A stretch of DNA of 63,889 nucleotides, counting the filler, from Reticulomyxa filosa (lineage: Eukaryota > Protista > Foraminifera), in the NCBI GenBank assembly GCA_000512085.1. It is 20 parts of 20 records of this genome, joined end to end, with 100 filler letters (N's around TTAATTAATTAA, not from the genome) between each part and the next. Parts side by side here need not be neighbours in the genome. Positions count along the whole stretch, not along the records: positions 1 to 8,366 come from ASPP01010279.1; positions 8,467 to 12,664 come from ASPP01042936.1; positions 12,765 to 14,551 come from ASPP01003753.1; 17 more parts are not named here. The stretch is one strand, 5' to 3'. The translations under genes were made by a program, and so were the position numbers. This document shows positions 1 through 12,765 of the stretch, piece after piece; position 1 is the stretch's first letter, and each line of letters begins with the position of its first letter. A model generated the notes under the pieces. That model worked only from the letters and a program-made list of their open reading frames with translations. It had not been told where the DNA came from and did not search any database.

Positions 1-437
1 GTAATTTACTAATAATTTAATTTTCAAAATTCTTTCGTTGATTTTATTAATTAAAAAATATTTAAGTATATGGAATTAAGGAGGAGCTCCTGTTGGATTA
101 AACTTTCTTCACTTCTTGTTTTATCTTTCTTTTTTACTTGTTTTACTGAAATCAGAAAATAATCAAAATGTTTATACTTAAATATTGACAATAATAAATT
201 AATCAAAGATTATCAATTGCCAAAATATTTGTTATATATTTAGTAAAATAATTAAATAATTCTGTTGGATGCTGAGTATGTATTTTATCTGGCTATCAAA
301 ATTATTAAGTGAACGAAGGAATCCACAGTAGGTTAAACTTCCTCAACAAACCTACTTCTTACTTTCCTTTTATTATTTTATTTTATTATTTAAACTATTC
401 TCTTAGTTGTACGCTTCGAATATGTTTATTGTTGCTC

Positions 438-2488
438 TCACATTTCTTGCGTATTTTCGTGGTAAATTGCAATTTTTGTGTAACTCCCAATTGGATCTAA
501 CGATGTCGTCATGCTACTGTTCTTTTGTTTCGGTAAATCTTCTTCCTTATCACTTTCACTAGCTGATTGTTCGGTTGGATAATTCCAATCTTGAGGAAAA
601 TCACTTATTTTTTGTCCATCACTTTTGCGCTCATCCTGCAGTTCAGGTTCGTCGATATAAATAAAAGCTCCAAGCTCAGAATAGGTACTATTCATGCTTG
701 CATTTCGTTCTAAGTTTGAGTTTTGACTTTGAATGTTACTCTCTTGTTCAATATCGCTCCCATAACTCGTATGTGAACGTTCAAATCTATTTCCATTTTG
801 CTGTCCCTTTTTTTTCCTTTTTCGTGCACTTCGTTTTCGTATATACCCAGCTGTTGCAAAAATCCAGGATGGATGGGCCTTTGTGTCACTGTATGACTGT
901 CCAAAGTCACTGTTTTGCTTAATTCTATCTGCAAATTGTCATCTTGTAGCAAATGAATTTTCTCGGCAGTGTTGCTCTGCATTGCCTGCTTTGGCTGGCT
1001 CTGTGCAATAGCGCTTGCTGAGCCTATTTTTCTATTCAATGGTGAAACTCTGTTATCACGTTCTTCTTCTGGCTCCAAATCTTTTTTGTTCAGACAACGG
1101 CTCTGCATTTGATCAATGTTGCTCTCTCCTACCAAAAAAGGTGCTGGCGTCGCTTCGTGCAGTTCAGACCACTGCGAATAGTAACTCGCCTGGTCTGTCC
1201 ATGCAGGTAAACAATCTTCCTGTGGATAAAAGTGGTGGCGATTATTTCTGTTCGACAGACTCTTCTTGCGTGCAATCATCGACGGAGACAGAATCACACA
1301 TGCAACATCATCCGCACGCTCTCGTATACGTTGGCGATGCACATTTGTATGACCTGGTATTTTTGAAACCTTTTGAGTTTCGGAAGCGCAAGGGCGCAGA
1401 CTCAATTCAGAAATTGCTGTGGTTGAACGCTTTGCGGTTCCCATGCATGTAGCACTGCGTTGCAAAATCAGTTCGACTGACTCCAACTCCCATTCATCTG
1501 AATACTCCACATTTTGCGATAATTCCATGTGCCAATCGATATTAAACTGTCCCGGATCCCCAAATGAGCCATTCGAATTTCTCCTTGGAATTCCGGAGCC
1601 CGTGGTGGCGGTGATGCACTCTCCTTTTTGGTATACGTTGACATTATTATTGTGAACCCTCCAATTTTCGGTGCCATATCTTTCATTGTATAGAGGACAA
1701 TGCGAGTAGCTGTCCCGTCTTTTCTTCGAGTTTTCCGGATTGAATCCATTTGGATTTGATGGTATGCTATCGTCTACCTGGTATTCGACTCTAGATATTG
1801 GCGACCTTGGCAATGTTGGAAAGGATACGTCACTATTTGCGCAATCAAATGTATCATCGACACTGAATGTGATACTCGTCGACGGTTTGGAGCCATGCAT
1901 GAAAATGTGCTCAGTTTCTTTTGTAAATGTTAATTCGTTTTCCATAAATGCTTTCAATTGGCGAATCGATTTTCCTTGCAGCAGCGATATTGCAAGATCT
2001 TGCTCATTTATTTCATCAATTGCTACTTTGCGATAATTGCTTAGTATTAACTTGGCATCGTGGGAACCAATTATCGAGTTGTATCCTTTACCAACAATAT
2101 ATACCATGTCCGAGTCTTTGTAAAAAGATTCAAAGGTGGTGCAAGGACGCCCTTGACTGTTTCCAGTAGCATCTGTTTCTATTGCCTTACAATTGGGAGC
2201 AGTCCGGTTGTGCTCGGCACGTTTCGTTTCTTTTTCGGATTTTTTTTTTGAGTTAGCCAAAGTATTTGCACATTGAACTTGGGCATGTTTGAGTATGTTT
2301 TTTAGGTTTTGAGATCTGCCGTCCTTGTGGCTTAAAACCTAATATAAAGAATTGAAAAAGTGGTCAGTGTTCAAAGATCACATTTGAACAGAAAAGGTAA
2401 GGCAGACCTCTTGGTCAGAGAAATCATCAGGGCCGAAAACATCCCTTTCCGTGCGAGACCACACATTGATATCTACAAAATTTTGCAT
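438..2488 (-). CDS. Hypothetical, largely disordered Ser/Asn/Gln-rich protein (2 exons, one frame disruption)
   Basis: Exon 1 (2488-2408, MQNFVDINVW..DQE) joins via a GT-AG intron (2407-2339) in frame to the 516-aa ORF. A -1 shift at the A-run near 808-815 joins the 438-695 ORF (GQQNGNRFERSHTSYGSDIEQ...). Confidence 0.6.
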
Positions 2489-2956
2489 GGCAATGACCAC
2501 CAAAAAAAACAAAACCTAAACACACTACTTTTCACACTACTGATAGGGGCAGTAAAAAAATTCGACGGAAAAAATACGTTTTTATTTTTTAGTAGAAAAC
2601 TGAATCACTTGCTTATTTCAAGGTGCAAGAAACAAAAAATTAGAAATTGAGAAAAGAGGAAAAAATTGAAGTTATTCTCTAAAGTACTAAAAAAAGTATT
2701 TTTAAGTTTTCAGCAAATTTGTTTTCCATTACGTGAAAAGAGTGCAAACACTTAAATTTGTTTGAGCACGTATTTAAAAAGTGGCCAAGTATATTACTGA
2801 AAGTATAGAATTGTCTGTTATTGAAAAAAGTCAGCTGAAAATCTTTCAAAAAACTTTGAATGGAGTGAATTTTTTGTTATAAGAAAAGTATTTTCCTAAA
2901 ATAATTGACTTTACAGCATTTTATTTTTTATTTGACTGAAACAAATCTAGTCTGCT

Positions 2957-3380
2957 ATGGCGTTGAAGCAAAAAGACTTTGAGAAATTGGTTCGAGACAA
3001 ATATGGCAAAGAAAAGAACACACAAGAGGCCTTCAAAGCGATTGCAGCAGCATACGCAGGAGGAGAAGAAGAACTCCAAGGTGGGAGCACTAAAAAACAT
3101 TGAATTTGAGAAATATCCAACAAAAATGTGTTTCTACATAACAGACGTTTTGACATTACCGGATACACAATTGGAAAAAATTCTATTGAGCGATGTAAGT
3201 GAGTATCCAAAAATTCAGGAAGAATTTGGAATAGATCCAACAGTATTATGTTGCGCGTTGCATGAACTAGTGCACTCGTATATGGCACCATTGACAGAAG
3301 GCTTGTATTGGAAATTTGACAAATTTGGTGAGTCGATCACTAAAGCGGAAAAAGCGAAACAAGCAAAAAAACCAAAATGA
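2957..3380 (+). CDS. Small hypothetical protein (2 exons, ~119 aa)
   Basis: ATG 2957 (MALKQKDFEKLVRDKYG...). Phase-1 intron 3081-3144 (GTGGGA..ACAG) joins DVLTLPDTQLEK...KKPK*. Confidence 0.65.
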
Positions 3381-3648
3381 CTTTTGACAGGGAAAATGTA
3401 CTTTTGGGGGGGGAGGGGACTGGTACTTCTGAACCAGAAAAGAAAAAGTTTGAAGATAATTGATTTTTTCCATTCACAAAATTTGGAACATAAAAGAAAA
3501 GAAACATGGATAAAAGATTATTAAAAGACCTTTCTTTCTACTTGCACTCTTTAATTTTGGACACCAACAAAATCACTAAAAAAAATGATCCCAAAATGAT
3601 ACTTATTATCACGTTTCATAAAAAAAAAAATACAATAAAATATAATTA

Positions 3649-6137
3649 CTACAAGTTTTGTGCTGCTTTTAAAGTGTTTGGATTTGCATCTGGATGCAAA
3701 ATGTACCCAATTTCAGTGGTTCGATAGCGAATGTCAATATTTTTGTTATCCAACAACAAGAACATTTGTAAAGTTTCTTGTGTGGAATTATCAATGCTAG
3801 TTTCAGTGTAAACTTCACAAAACATTTTTTTTTTTGCTTCTTGGGCGAGACCATCTCTTTTCTCTTCCTCCTCGTGGTGGGTATTGGTACATAAACGCTG
3901 TTTAATGCCGCGGAACAATTCAATAGCTTTTTCGTGTTTGACAAAGCTCTCCAAACACTTGTCACTTGGCCACACGCTAAGACACTCCCACGTGTCTAGC
4001 GTATCCTGTGATGGAATGCAATAGCCATTGAAAACTATCGCATTCGATTCAGAAGCGATTTTGCTCAATTCGTTCCATGAATTTATAAATTCCTTATCAA
4101 AGGTTTCTGTTATGTAAATAAGTGTATTTTGCTTGTTTATTCGATTATGCGTGTACGCGTGTATAAAATGCAAAGAGAAGCATGCACACATAACTGTCAA
4201 CAGAAAAGCCGAATTTCAACAAAATTCTGCTGTTATCATTCCGATCAGTGCACAGTTGGTACTGATCATGGCACACATAGCCGAATTCATTGTGAGCATA
4301 TTGAGCATGAAGATGGTTACAAACAGCGCGAACGTTGTCCGTGATGGCAAGCAGTTTGCGATTGATATTATCGTTCCACAACACAAATGTGTTACAAGAG
4401 CGCATATTGGCAGGAGTAAACGCATTCAAGTATGCCTTTGTAATCAATTTGGATGCACTGTGTTTCAAAAATATGCTTTCGTTCTGATACAATTCCGTCA
4501 GTTCGATATAATACGGCCTTGTGTCAGGAGATGGACGAGTAAAATGATATACCTTTATTTTTATATACACATACATATATATATATACGTATACATATAT
4601 ATGTATACATATATATATATATATATATATGTGTACATACATATATTTATACATATATGTGTATATGTAAGCATACCATTGTCCCCACGTATTCTTGATC
4701 AATCTGATATTGATACATAATCTCCAAGCATCGTTGAATCGCTTGTAAGCTCTCTGGTCCTTTCGCCTCTAAATTGCATCGCAACATAAAGCATTCTACT
4801 TCACACGCTTCCTGTTTTTTTTCGCTTTGGGGAGCTGCCTTTGGCGTTTCACTTTTCGGTGCTGTTGGTTTGGACGGTGACAGTGAGGACGCCAACTGTT
4901 TGGGCGTACTTTGCGTCGACGACTTGCTACCGGATCCCTGCATCGCTTTACCCTTGTTTTTGTCCGCAACACCACTTGTTTTATCTTTTGCCGTGCCTGT
5001 CACCGATGGCGTAGGTCGAGACACTTTTGTATTTTGCTGCTTTTTCAGTTGTGTCGTCTTACTTGCGCCACCTGTTGCAATTGGCAAATTTGTCTTATTT
5101 TTATTATTATTATTATTATTATTGCTTGTGGTTTTCGTCTTTGGTGTTGTCGCTACTGTTGTTGGTTTTTTTGCCACTGGCTTTAATACACAACTTTCTT
5201 CTTTTTCTTGTTTATATTCGGAAGATGAGCGGTCATTAAAAGTGTTTCCAGCAACAGCGGATGTCTCCGTCAGCGAATTTGTATAGTGTAGCGGTTCCTC
5301 GTCTTCGCATTGTAGCTTGTTTTGCAGCTCTTTTTCCAGTTCTTCAGCGGCCTTGTTGAACAACGACAGTGAAGTGGTTGTATTTTCTTCCTCGTCGTTG
5401 TGTTTGATGTCAGCATTTTCTTCATTCACGTCAGACATTAGTGTTGCACTAGTTACTTGCGCATTATCGTTGTCATTACTATTTTTGTCATTGTTATTGT
5501 CATGTTCATTTGAAACAGAGGACAGAGGAATAGACGTAGTTGTGGGAGTCGATGTACTGACAACGAGGTGTTGTGTTAATATCGGTGTTTGATCTTCTTC
5601 ATTTTGTGCTTGTGTTTTTATATCTGTCCAATTCAAAGTGTTGGTTCCAGGGTCCTCTTCATTTCTCTTCACGTCGATGTCGATTGGCTTTGTTGCCGAC
5701 AATGGAGTCCCTTTTCCACTGTTATTCGACTCGCTTCTTTTAAGCTTTGCTTCAATATTCGATGAGCCATTGGTATCAGCTTCAATGGCCGTCGGTATTG
5801 AGTTTAAAGGAGAACATATTGTTGGGGTTGTACTATTTGACTCATTTGTGTCTGGCGCTTTCCATGATCCCAACTCTTTTGACTGGTCCGGAGATTGCTG
5901 CTTGTTCTCGTCTTTTATTAATGTCAAACTAGAAGAACGAAATCCAGTCATCACTATTTTCTCTTTCTCATTACCCTTCGGGAATTTCGTTAATAAATAT
6001 TGGTTTGCTTGGCCGTAGTTGATTGCTACCCCAACCGACTTTGCATACCGTACTAAATAGGTTGCATTTTCCGGTAGGTGACCATATTGCTCGATATATT
6101 TATTACATAATTGTTCCACGTCTGATGTTGAAGACAT
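3649..6137 (-). CDS. Protein with long low-complexity N-terminus and C-terminal putative ABM/dimeric alpha-beta-barrel-like domains (3 exons)
   Basis: ORFs 4647-6224, 4145-4702 and 3649-4200 join in frame via GT-AG introns (~4676-4554, ~4195-4108). Motifs [17 protein letters not shown] and [18 protein letters not shown] resemble ABM-family strand-helix patterns. Confidence 0.6.
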
Positions 6138-6530
6138 TATTAATATGAATATTTTTTGTTTACGAAAGCTTGCAAAACTTAAAGCCGTTTCACAAACTTT
6201 AGGGCTTTTCTTCTCATTATGCACTTTCTAACGTACAAGACATCAAATGATGCCAAAATTAGGCCATATCTAGTGTTTGTTGTCACAACTGTTATGAAAT
6301 CTTTTTTTAAAATAAGAGTTTATCTACAACAGAACCAAATCTTAGCATTTTTTAAAGAATTTTGAATAAATACTTTTTTAGCTGTGTAGATTTTAGATGG
6401 TATGGTATGTTGTTCGAACGAGATACCAAAACTACTTTAGACTAAGAATAAAACTATGCAAGTATGTACACGAGTTTTGGGACAATTGAACTTTTGCTTT
6501 TATATCTTTCGGGTTTGAAAAGAAATATCC

Positions 6531-7985
6531 ATGGCATACAATAGCTTTAACCTCTTTTCAACATCTTCTCCTCCTCCTCCAAATGATATATCATTATTCC
6601 TGCCTCCCATTTCTTCGTTTTCGACGGACACGCTTGAATTTTCGTCGGTTAAACGCGAAGACACAAGCAATAGGAACGAAGATCAGGAAATGAAGATAAA
6701 CAAACTGAAAGAAGAATTGAAGATGTTGCAGCAAAAAAAAGGACAGCATTTACGACATGTCCATGAAATGTATGGAAAGCTGATAAATAAAATTAAAAAT
6801 CAAGAGTTTCGTCATTGCGAAATGATTGAATCATATTTGGATGGTTGGATAGACAAAATATCGCAACAATTAAATGGTTGTCCCAATGTTTGTGCAATGA
6901 CATCTGAAAATGACCAAGACTACGTTATCTCAGATACAATGATTGCAGACCTGATAAGATATTGCAATGCCTCCTTTCAATTGAATGAAGCGAAGAAGGA
7001 TTATTCCGACATTACAGACAAGGAGAACGAGTCCGCGACATCATCAGATGATAAGCAACGCCCATCTATCAGCCCAAAGGAAATGGACAAAGAGCCGTTT
7101 TTTTTGATGGACAAAGCATTGCCCGAGGGTCATTTGGGGCATTTGAAATATTATAATGCACATCATGATGCAAGTGATATTACAAATGTGTGGCATCCGA
7201 AGGAGCTGCAAGAGTGGCTCAACCCTCGGATCTGTGATAGTGCAAGTAAAGAAAATGAATATGACCATGACTTGACCTTTCAGTTTCATTCAATGAAACA
7301 GGAAGATGAAGAAGCTCTTAAATTGAAACAAGAAAGCGATTCTATTGATTCCAAAACGAAATGTGAGATGAAAATGGAAGATGAATCGGAGTTTGAAAAA
7401 TTCAATGACCCAAACAATTTTCATGAATATTTATTTCGATGCAAGCAGTGTAACAAAATTTTGCGTACCGAAAATAGTTTGCGTGGTCATTCCAAACTCC
7501 ACAAAACAACAAAAATGTATCAATGTAAGCTATGTCCCATGGCTTATGTCAATAAAGGTTCTTTAAAGGCACATGAGGACATTAAACATTTTCCAGGTAT
7601 CAAAATCAATTTTGTATCTCAAACAATTTTTCTCCATTTCTTGATAATTAACTTCTTGTTGTTGTCGGAAATAACTCTCCAAACAGAAAAACTGAAATTT
7701 GAGTGCAGCTATTGCAAGAGACGGTTTTACTGTGGAAGTGCATTAGCAGTGCATGTGGTGACGCACACCGGAGTAAATCCATATAAATGCAACAAATGTC
7801 ATAAGGGATTTTCTTATGAAAAGACGTGGCAAAATCACAAGCGAAGAGGTTGCAACTATAGCTTCTCTTTCAGTGAAATAAATGTTAAAAAAGAAAGCAA
7901 TGGTGATGACAAAGTGAAAGACGAAGAAAAAGGAAAAGTAAAAACCGAAATGATTACTATTAAACAAGAATGTGATCATCAATAA
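6531..7985 (+). CDS. C2H2 zinc-finger transcription factor (4 fingers) with N-terminal coiled coil
   Basis: FRCKQC..H..LH, YQCKLC..HEDIKH, FECSYC..HVVTH, TGVNPY linker, CNKC..H. A 90-nt intron lies at 7597-7686. Confidence 0.9.
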   Translation: MAYNSFNLFSTSSPPPPNDISLFLPPISSFSTDTLEFSSVKREDTSNRNEDQEMKINKLKEELKMLQQKKGQHLRHVHEMYGKLINKIKNQEFRHCEMIESYLDGWIDKISQQLNGCPNVCAMTSENDQDYVISDTMIADLIRYCNASFQLNEAKKDYSDITDKENESATSSDDKQRPSISPKEMDKEPFFLMDKALPEGHLGHLKYYNAHHDASDITNVWHPKELQEWLNPRICDSASKENEYDHDLTFQFHSMKQEDEEALKLKQESDSIDSKTKCEMKMEDESEFEKFNDPNNFHEYLFRCKQCNKILRTENSLRGHSKLHKTTKMYQCKLCPMAYVNKGSLKAHEDIKHFPGIKINFVSQTIFLHFLIINFLLLSEITLQTEKLKFECSYCKRRFYCGSALAVHVVTHTGVNPYKCNKCHKGFSYEKTWQNHKRRGCNYSFSFSEINVKKESNGDDKVKDEEKGKVKTEMITIKQECDHQ

Positions 7986-8366
7986 TAAAATAATTACATT
8001 ATCATTTGATTTTGTTAAAATTTGGCTGTTTTTTTTATTATTATTTTTAATTTAAACAAAGACAAAAACAAATTGTTGAAAACTTCTGTAGAATTCAATC
8101 AAAAATCTTGTAAATTATTTTTCTTAAATTCAAAAATGATTTTTTTGAAAGGAAAAAAAAATAGACAATATGATGGCCAATGTCTGCAATCTGTCTTGGA
8201 AATACAGTGAGGGCAAGACCAGACAGGCTCGGGATATCGTCAAGCCCAACGTGGAAAGTCACCGGACACATCTTCGTTAACAGTTGAGTGTGAGGCAGGG
8301 TTATCATTGTCTATTATGATTCACTACCATTTAGGTAGTTATAAATGTAACAATGTCCTTGCTCCC

Positions 8367-8466
8367 NNNNNNNNNNNNNNNNNNNNNNNNNNNNNNNNNN
8401 NNNNNNNNNNTTAATTAATTAANNNNNNNNNNNNNNNNNNNNNNNNNNNNNNNNNNNNNNNNNNNN
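8367..8466. other. Artificial contig linker N44-TTAATTAATTAA-N44 (first of 19; others start at 12665, 14552, 15930, 17927, 19203, 22260, 23652, 27412, 30123, 31223, 37968, 42648, 47639, 49769, 51405, 58849, 60623, 62630)
   Basis: Identical 100-nt block with a six-frame stop spacer. Genes do not continue across it. Confidence 0.98.
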
Positions 8467-8735
8467 ATCATTTAAGGTGGATTCTTTTATGCCCGCTAAC
8501 TGGCCAAATATCGTTTTGGGCAAAGGTTCACAGATGGCCACAAGTTTGGATCCTTCCAAAATTCCTGCATTTTTCAACAACTCAGTTGTCGTTTTGATTT
8601 CAAAATTTTGCAGTTTTTCCCCACTCCTGCGCAGATCCAAGTGTGATGCTACATCTTTATCAATTCGAACCATGCGGCGTCAAGCCTAGTTTTCATTTAT
8701 CGATTATATTTCACAAACATTGCATTTGCCGCCAT
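8467..8735 (-). CDS. 5' fragment of an unknown gene, truncated by contig end (possible ubiquitin-like fold)
   Basis: ATG 8735, a short intron, then ORF VRIDKD...LLKNAGILEGSKLVAICE. One base correction is needed to join them. Confidence 0.3.
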
Positions 8736-9883
8736 GTGGTAAGATATGTCCCTTTTTTTTATTAAAAAAAAACAACGCTTACATTTGATTTTTCAGCGCA
8801 GGAAGTTACTTATTTGTTCGATCGACATATTCTGTAAACAAATGCTCTTCAGCCATCCGCTTCAGAAAATACCAAGTAAACCAACAGATACCAAATTAAA
8901 CAAAGCCATAATTAATAAAAAATAGTATATGCAAAAAAGTATCATCAACAACTACAACAAATTATTCTAAGTTTTTAATTAAACAGGTAAAAAATAAAAT
9001 ACGTTCTATCACCATAAAAAAACGTAAATATACATCAGTTATTCAAATACGTGCAAATACGTTAAAAAAAATAAATAATAAACTACAATTTTCGACTATT
9101 ATTAATAAAATACAACTAAAACTAAAAATCAAACGTAAATTAAATTGCACAAAAAAAAAATTCTGACACAACATAAAAATCACTCATTGAACAAAAAAAA
9201 GATACTCGCTTATTTAAAAAAAAAGTTTGAAAAAAACGAAAATGAAAAAATTAGAACCAATTTTTTCATTTTTGGTTTTTTTCACGGTCTTTTTTTTTTT
9301 GCGCAACCTATACGAATGTAAAAAGTAAGCTTAATGAAAAAACGTGCTTTTATTGATGATAGAGATTCCAAAATGAATTTTTTGTTTCATATTCGGATTA
9401 TCCATGAAAAATTGCACTAGAAAATATTTTGTATTTTTTATAAATATGAATAGTCTGTTAGCATTGGAATTCGAAACAAAGTGAGTCAATTAAACAACAA
9501 TATAAAACTCATTGACAAACTAACTCCAGTTTCATGTAATGATCTGATATTGAATTGTATTCATCGTAGAAGGATTTTGATTACAGATTCAGATTCCCCA
9601 CGATATAGTATATATATAAATAAAAAAATCATGATTGAATGTTTTCTTCATTCCATCTTACTTCGATATTATCATAACATGAAAGAAAAGCGTATTTGGT
9701 CAGAGAAAAGATCAAAAAGAAATGTTCGTACGTTAGTATAAAAATAACTGTTGCCTTTGATTTTTCTATCCACCACACTCACATAGAAGGAACACACATG
9801 TGACAAGGCCACAAAAAGTGCTAAAACATTTCAACAAGTGCAAGAAAGTTTGAAATAATGCTCAGAAAAAAAATGAAGAATCG

Positions 9884-10456
9884 TTAATTTATTTCTGTTT
9901 CAACAAGAAGTGGTTTTGTGTACTCTCTATTACTCGCAAAAGTTTTTTGCGAAGCTGAGCGGTGACGGAAGGGTCGTTGAGAGAAATGATTGCCAGTATA
10001 TCCTGTATTTAACCATTCATTTCCAGAAGACAGTAAGAAACTATCATAGCTTTTCAAGAATCGGAGTCTTTGTTCGAACACTTCATTGGGGTCACTGCTC
10101 GAATCGAACGCAAGATGGACGCGATGAACGACCTCTTCCAAATTGGATTCCACCAATTCGTGACAGGTGATAATGCCTGCAATCTTTTCATTTTCGTCTA
10201 AGCAAATCAAATGTCTCATTCCCAGACCTCGGAATATGTTGTACACGATATTGATGGGAGTGTGAGGACTCACAGTTATGGGCGACAAGAAAATATAAGG
10301 TGACAGGTCGATATATATCATGTCCAGTTCATGTTCTGACACGTCTAATTCGTCCAGTGACACGTGCATTTTCTTCGCCATAGAGAGGAGGAGAATGAAA
10401 GGAAGGCAAGAGTAGGTTGTACAACAAACCAATTCATTTAAGATACAAAGTGAATT

Positions 10457-10493
<37 letters not shown>

Positions 10494-12578
10494 AGTGATT
10501 GTTTGCTTCTAAACATTTTTCCATGTTCGATCGGTCATTTGTGCTTGCGTCAGAATGTTCCTTCGCGCGAACTTGAGCAGCTTTTCAGGCGTGCCATAGT
10601 GTTTGTTATTTAGGAGAATGAGTATATGCCAACGAAGGACCATTCCGGCAAAAGTGCCGGATTGCTGCGTGTATTGGTTGTTGACCTTGACCAATTCTTT
10701 CGGCTGCACTTTTTCTCCTTCCAAGACCGGGAACGCACTGTGTTGGTGTGAGCTGTCATTGAGCACTTGCAGCAGCACACGAAGCGAGCAGATGGCGGGC
10801 AGCGTCACTACGTTCGGTTTCATTATGTCATGTGCAGTAATGTACGTCGGGACCCAAGAGGGCAGTTTCGGCTCCAAATAGGGCATGTCCTTTAGCGCCA
10901 CGTGACTATCGTACAAGGCGCTGTTGAAGCGATCCCCGATCCATTTCGACACCATCACGACAATCATTACAGGCATGAGATAGTATATATCGTTGGTAAT
11001 TTCCACCATTATCGCAGTCAGTGATCTTTTTTTTGTTCCCACGTCGCAATTTCATGTTCAAATGCAAACAAACAATATATACATATATATATATATATAT
11101 GTATATATTTATTATTTAATTAAAAAAAAAAAAAAGACACCAAACATAGTCATTCTTGTAACGCCTCCTAGCGTTGCAGCGGCTCCTAACAAAGAGTAAA
11201 CGCCAATGTCCAAAGTGAGACCAAAGATTTTGTTGTAAGCCTGGCCCATTCCATGGCCGAGGGTCGACCCGATCAGGATCAATGGGATGAATAATCCCGC
11301 AGGGACCGCGATGCCGCAGGCCAGCAGCACCAGAAAATAATACACCCCAAAGCAAAGCAGCACCTCAGCCAAAGGAAACCACCGCTGGCTGTCCTGGTGG
11401 AACAGTCCACTGATTATATTTTCCGTTTTTCCAAATAACAGCGAGGCTATGATCCAGTCATACACACACACACACACATATATACATATATGTATATACG
11501 TATATAAATATGTCCAAACAAAGTACCAAAAAAAAAAAAAAAGTAACATACCAACAGGATTGTATTGACCTTCTGGACACGTGAATCGACCGAACTTGAC
11601 CAAACTTCGACAACGGGAATCACTGGAGTCGTAATCGGAGCAATACTTTTTGATGGCGGATTCGTTCTTGCATTCGAAAAACCACGGCAGCCCTAAAATG
11701 CAAATCGACGTGATCAAAGACACTACGACGACTTCGCCCAGTTTTTTCCACTTTTGCTTCACGTGCGTCTTACGCCAGCGCAGCATTTTTATGTTGATCG
11801 TGTTGAACATTATCCCGACAACGCCGCCAATCACACCAATCAGCAAAAAGACCCCAAGTCGCCATATGTGAATTTTCCAACGGAATTGGTGCTTTGAAAC
11901 TCGATTAAGCCTTTAATATATACATATATGCATATATAAAAAAAAAAAAAAAAAAGAGTAATCATTTGTGCATATGGCGTGAAAGTTGGACTTGGACTCA
12001 ACTGCTCTTCGAAAATGATCCACATTCGCCATTGGCACAACCCAAGAGCAATTGCAATACCAAGTTGGAGGTCGTTGCGGCGAAGAAGGCTCTCCACGTT
12101 AATCCCGGCTGCCAAAAGGATGACACTTCTTCCAATGCAAATAACATCCCCCCAATTGGAGCTGTGTGCATTTTTTTTTTTTTGTATGGGGAAAAAAAAA
12201 AAAACAAGTGTGTATAAATATATGTATACATGTATATATTTTTATTTATTTATTTATTTATTTTGTTTATTTTATTTATTAATTGTGCAAAGATACATAA
12301 CCACTAAAGCCTGCAGCCACACCAGCAGCGGCACCAGCGGAGATAAAGTCACGTGCGTCGGCGTCATTTCGAAAGGAATAGCCTGCCTTGATGTCGATGC
12401 CCAGCGGCTTGTTTCTTCCCAGAGTGACTCCACTGGCAATGGCGGACCCAATGTGGACCATTGGACCCTCTTTCCCCACGGCCAACGACGACGCCACACT
12501 GAAGCACAGTCCAATGCATTTGACCAATAATGTGCTCATATCAAAGAAATTGGATACCAAGGTTCCATTCAGCCATGC
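9884..12578 (-). CDS. CLC family Cl-/H+ exchanger (CLC-6/7-like) with C-terminal CBS pair; 5'-truncated
   Basis: GKEGPMVH (gating Glu), [27 protein letters not shown] (proton Glu), AGLFIP, GGVTRMTISL, SALYD and CBS motifs ([10 protein letters not shown]; [13 protein letters not shown]). Five internal introns and one frame disruption near 11850. Confidence 0.95.
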
Positions 12579-12626
12579 CTTTGTTTTTGTTTTATTTTTT
12601 TGTAACAATAAAAATAAATCAATAAA

Positions 12627-12664
<38 letters not shown>

Positions 12665-12765
12665 NNNNNNNNNNNNNNNNNNNNNNNNNNNNNNNNNNNN
12701 NNNNNNNNTTAATTAATTAANNNNNNNNNNNNNNNNNNNNNNNNNNNNNNNNNNNNNNNNNNNNA

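Noticed and set aside
4774-6018. Long antisense ORFs opposite real genes (also 1015-2036, 24230-24793, 32636-33106)
   Set aside because: They are shadow frames of low-complexity or GC-richer coding strands, with no motifs.
8160-8366. GC-richer block as possible ncRNA or zinc-finger exon (WSCPHC on the minus strand)
   Set aside because: No tRNA, snRNA or snoRNA hallmarks, frames are interrupted by stops, and it sits at a contig end.
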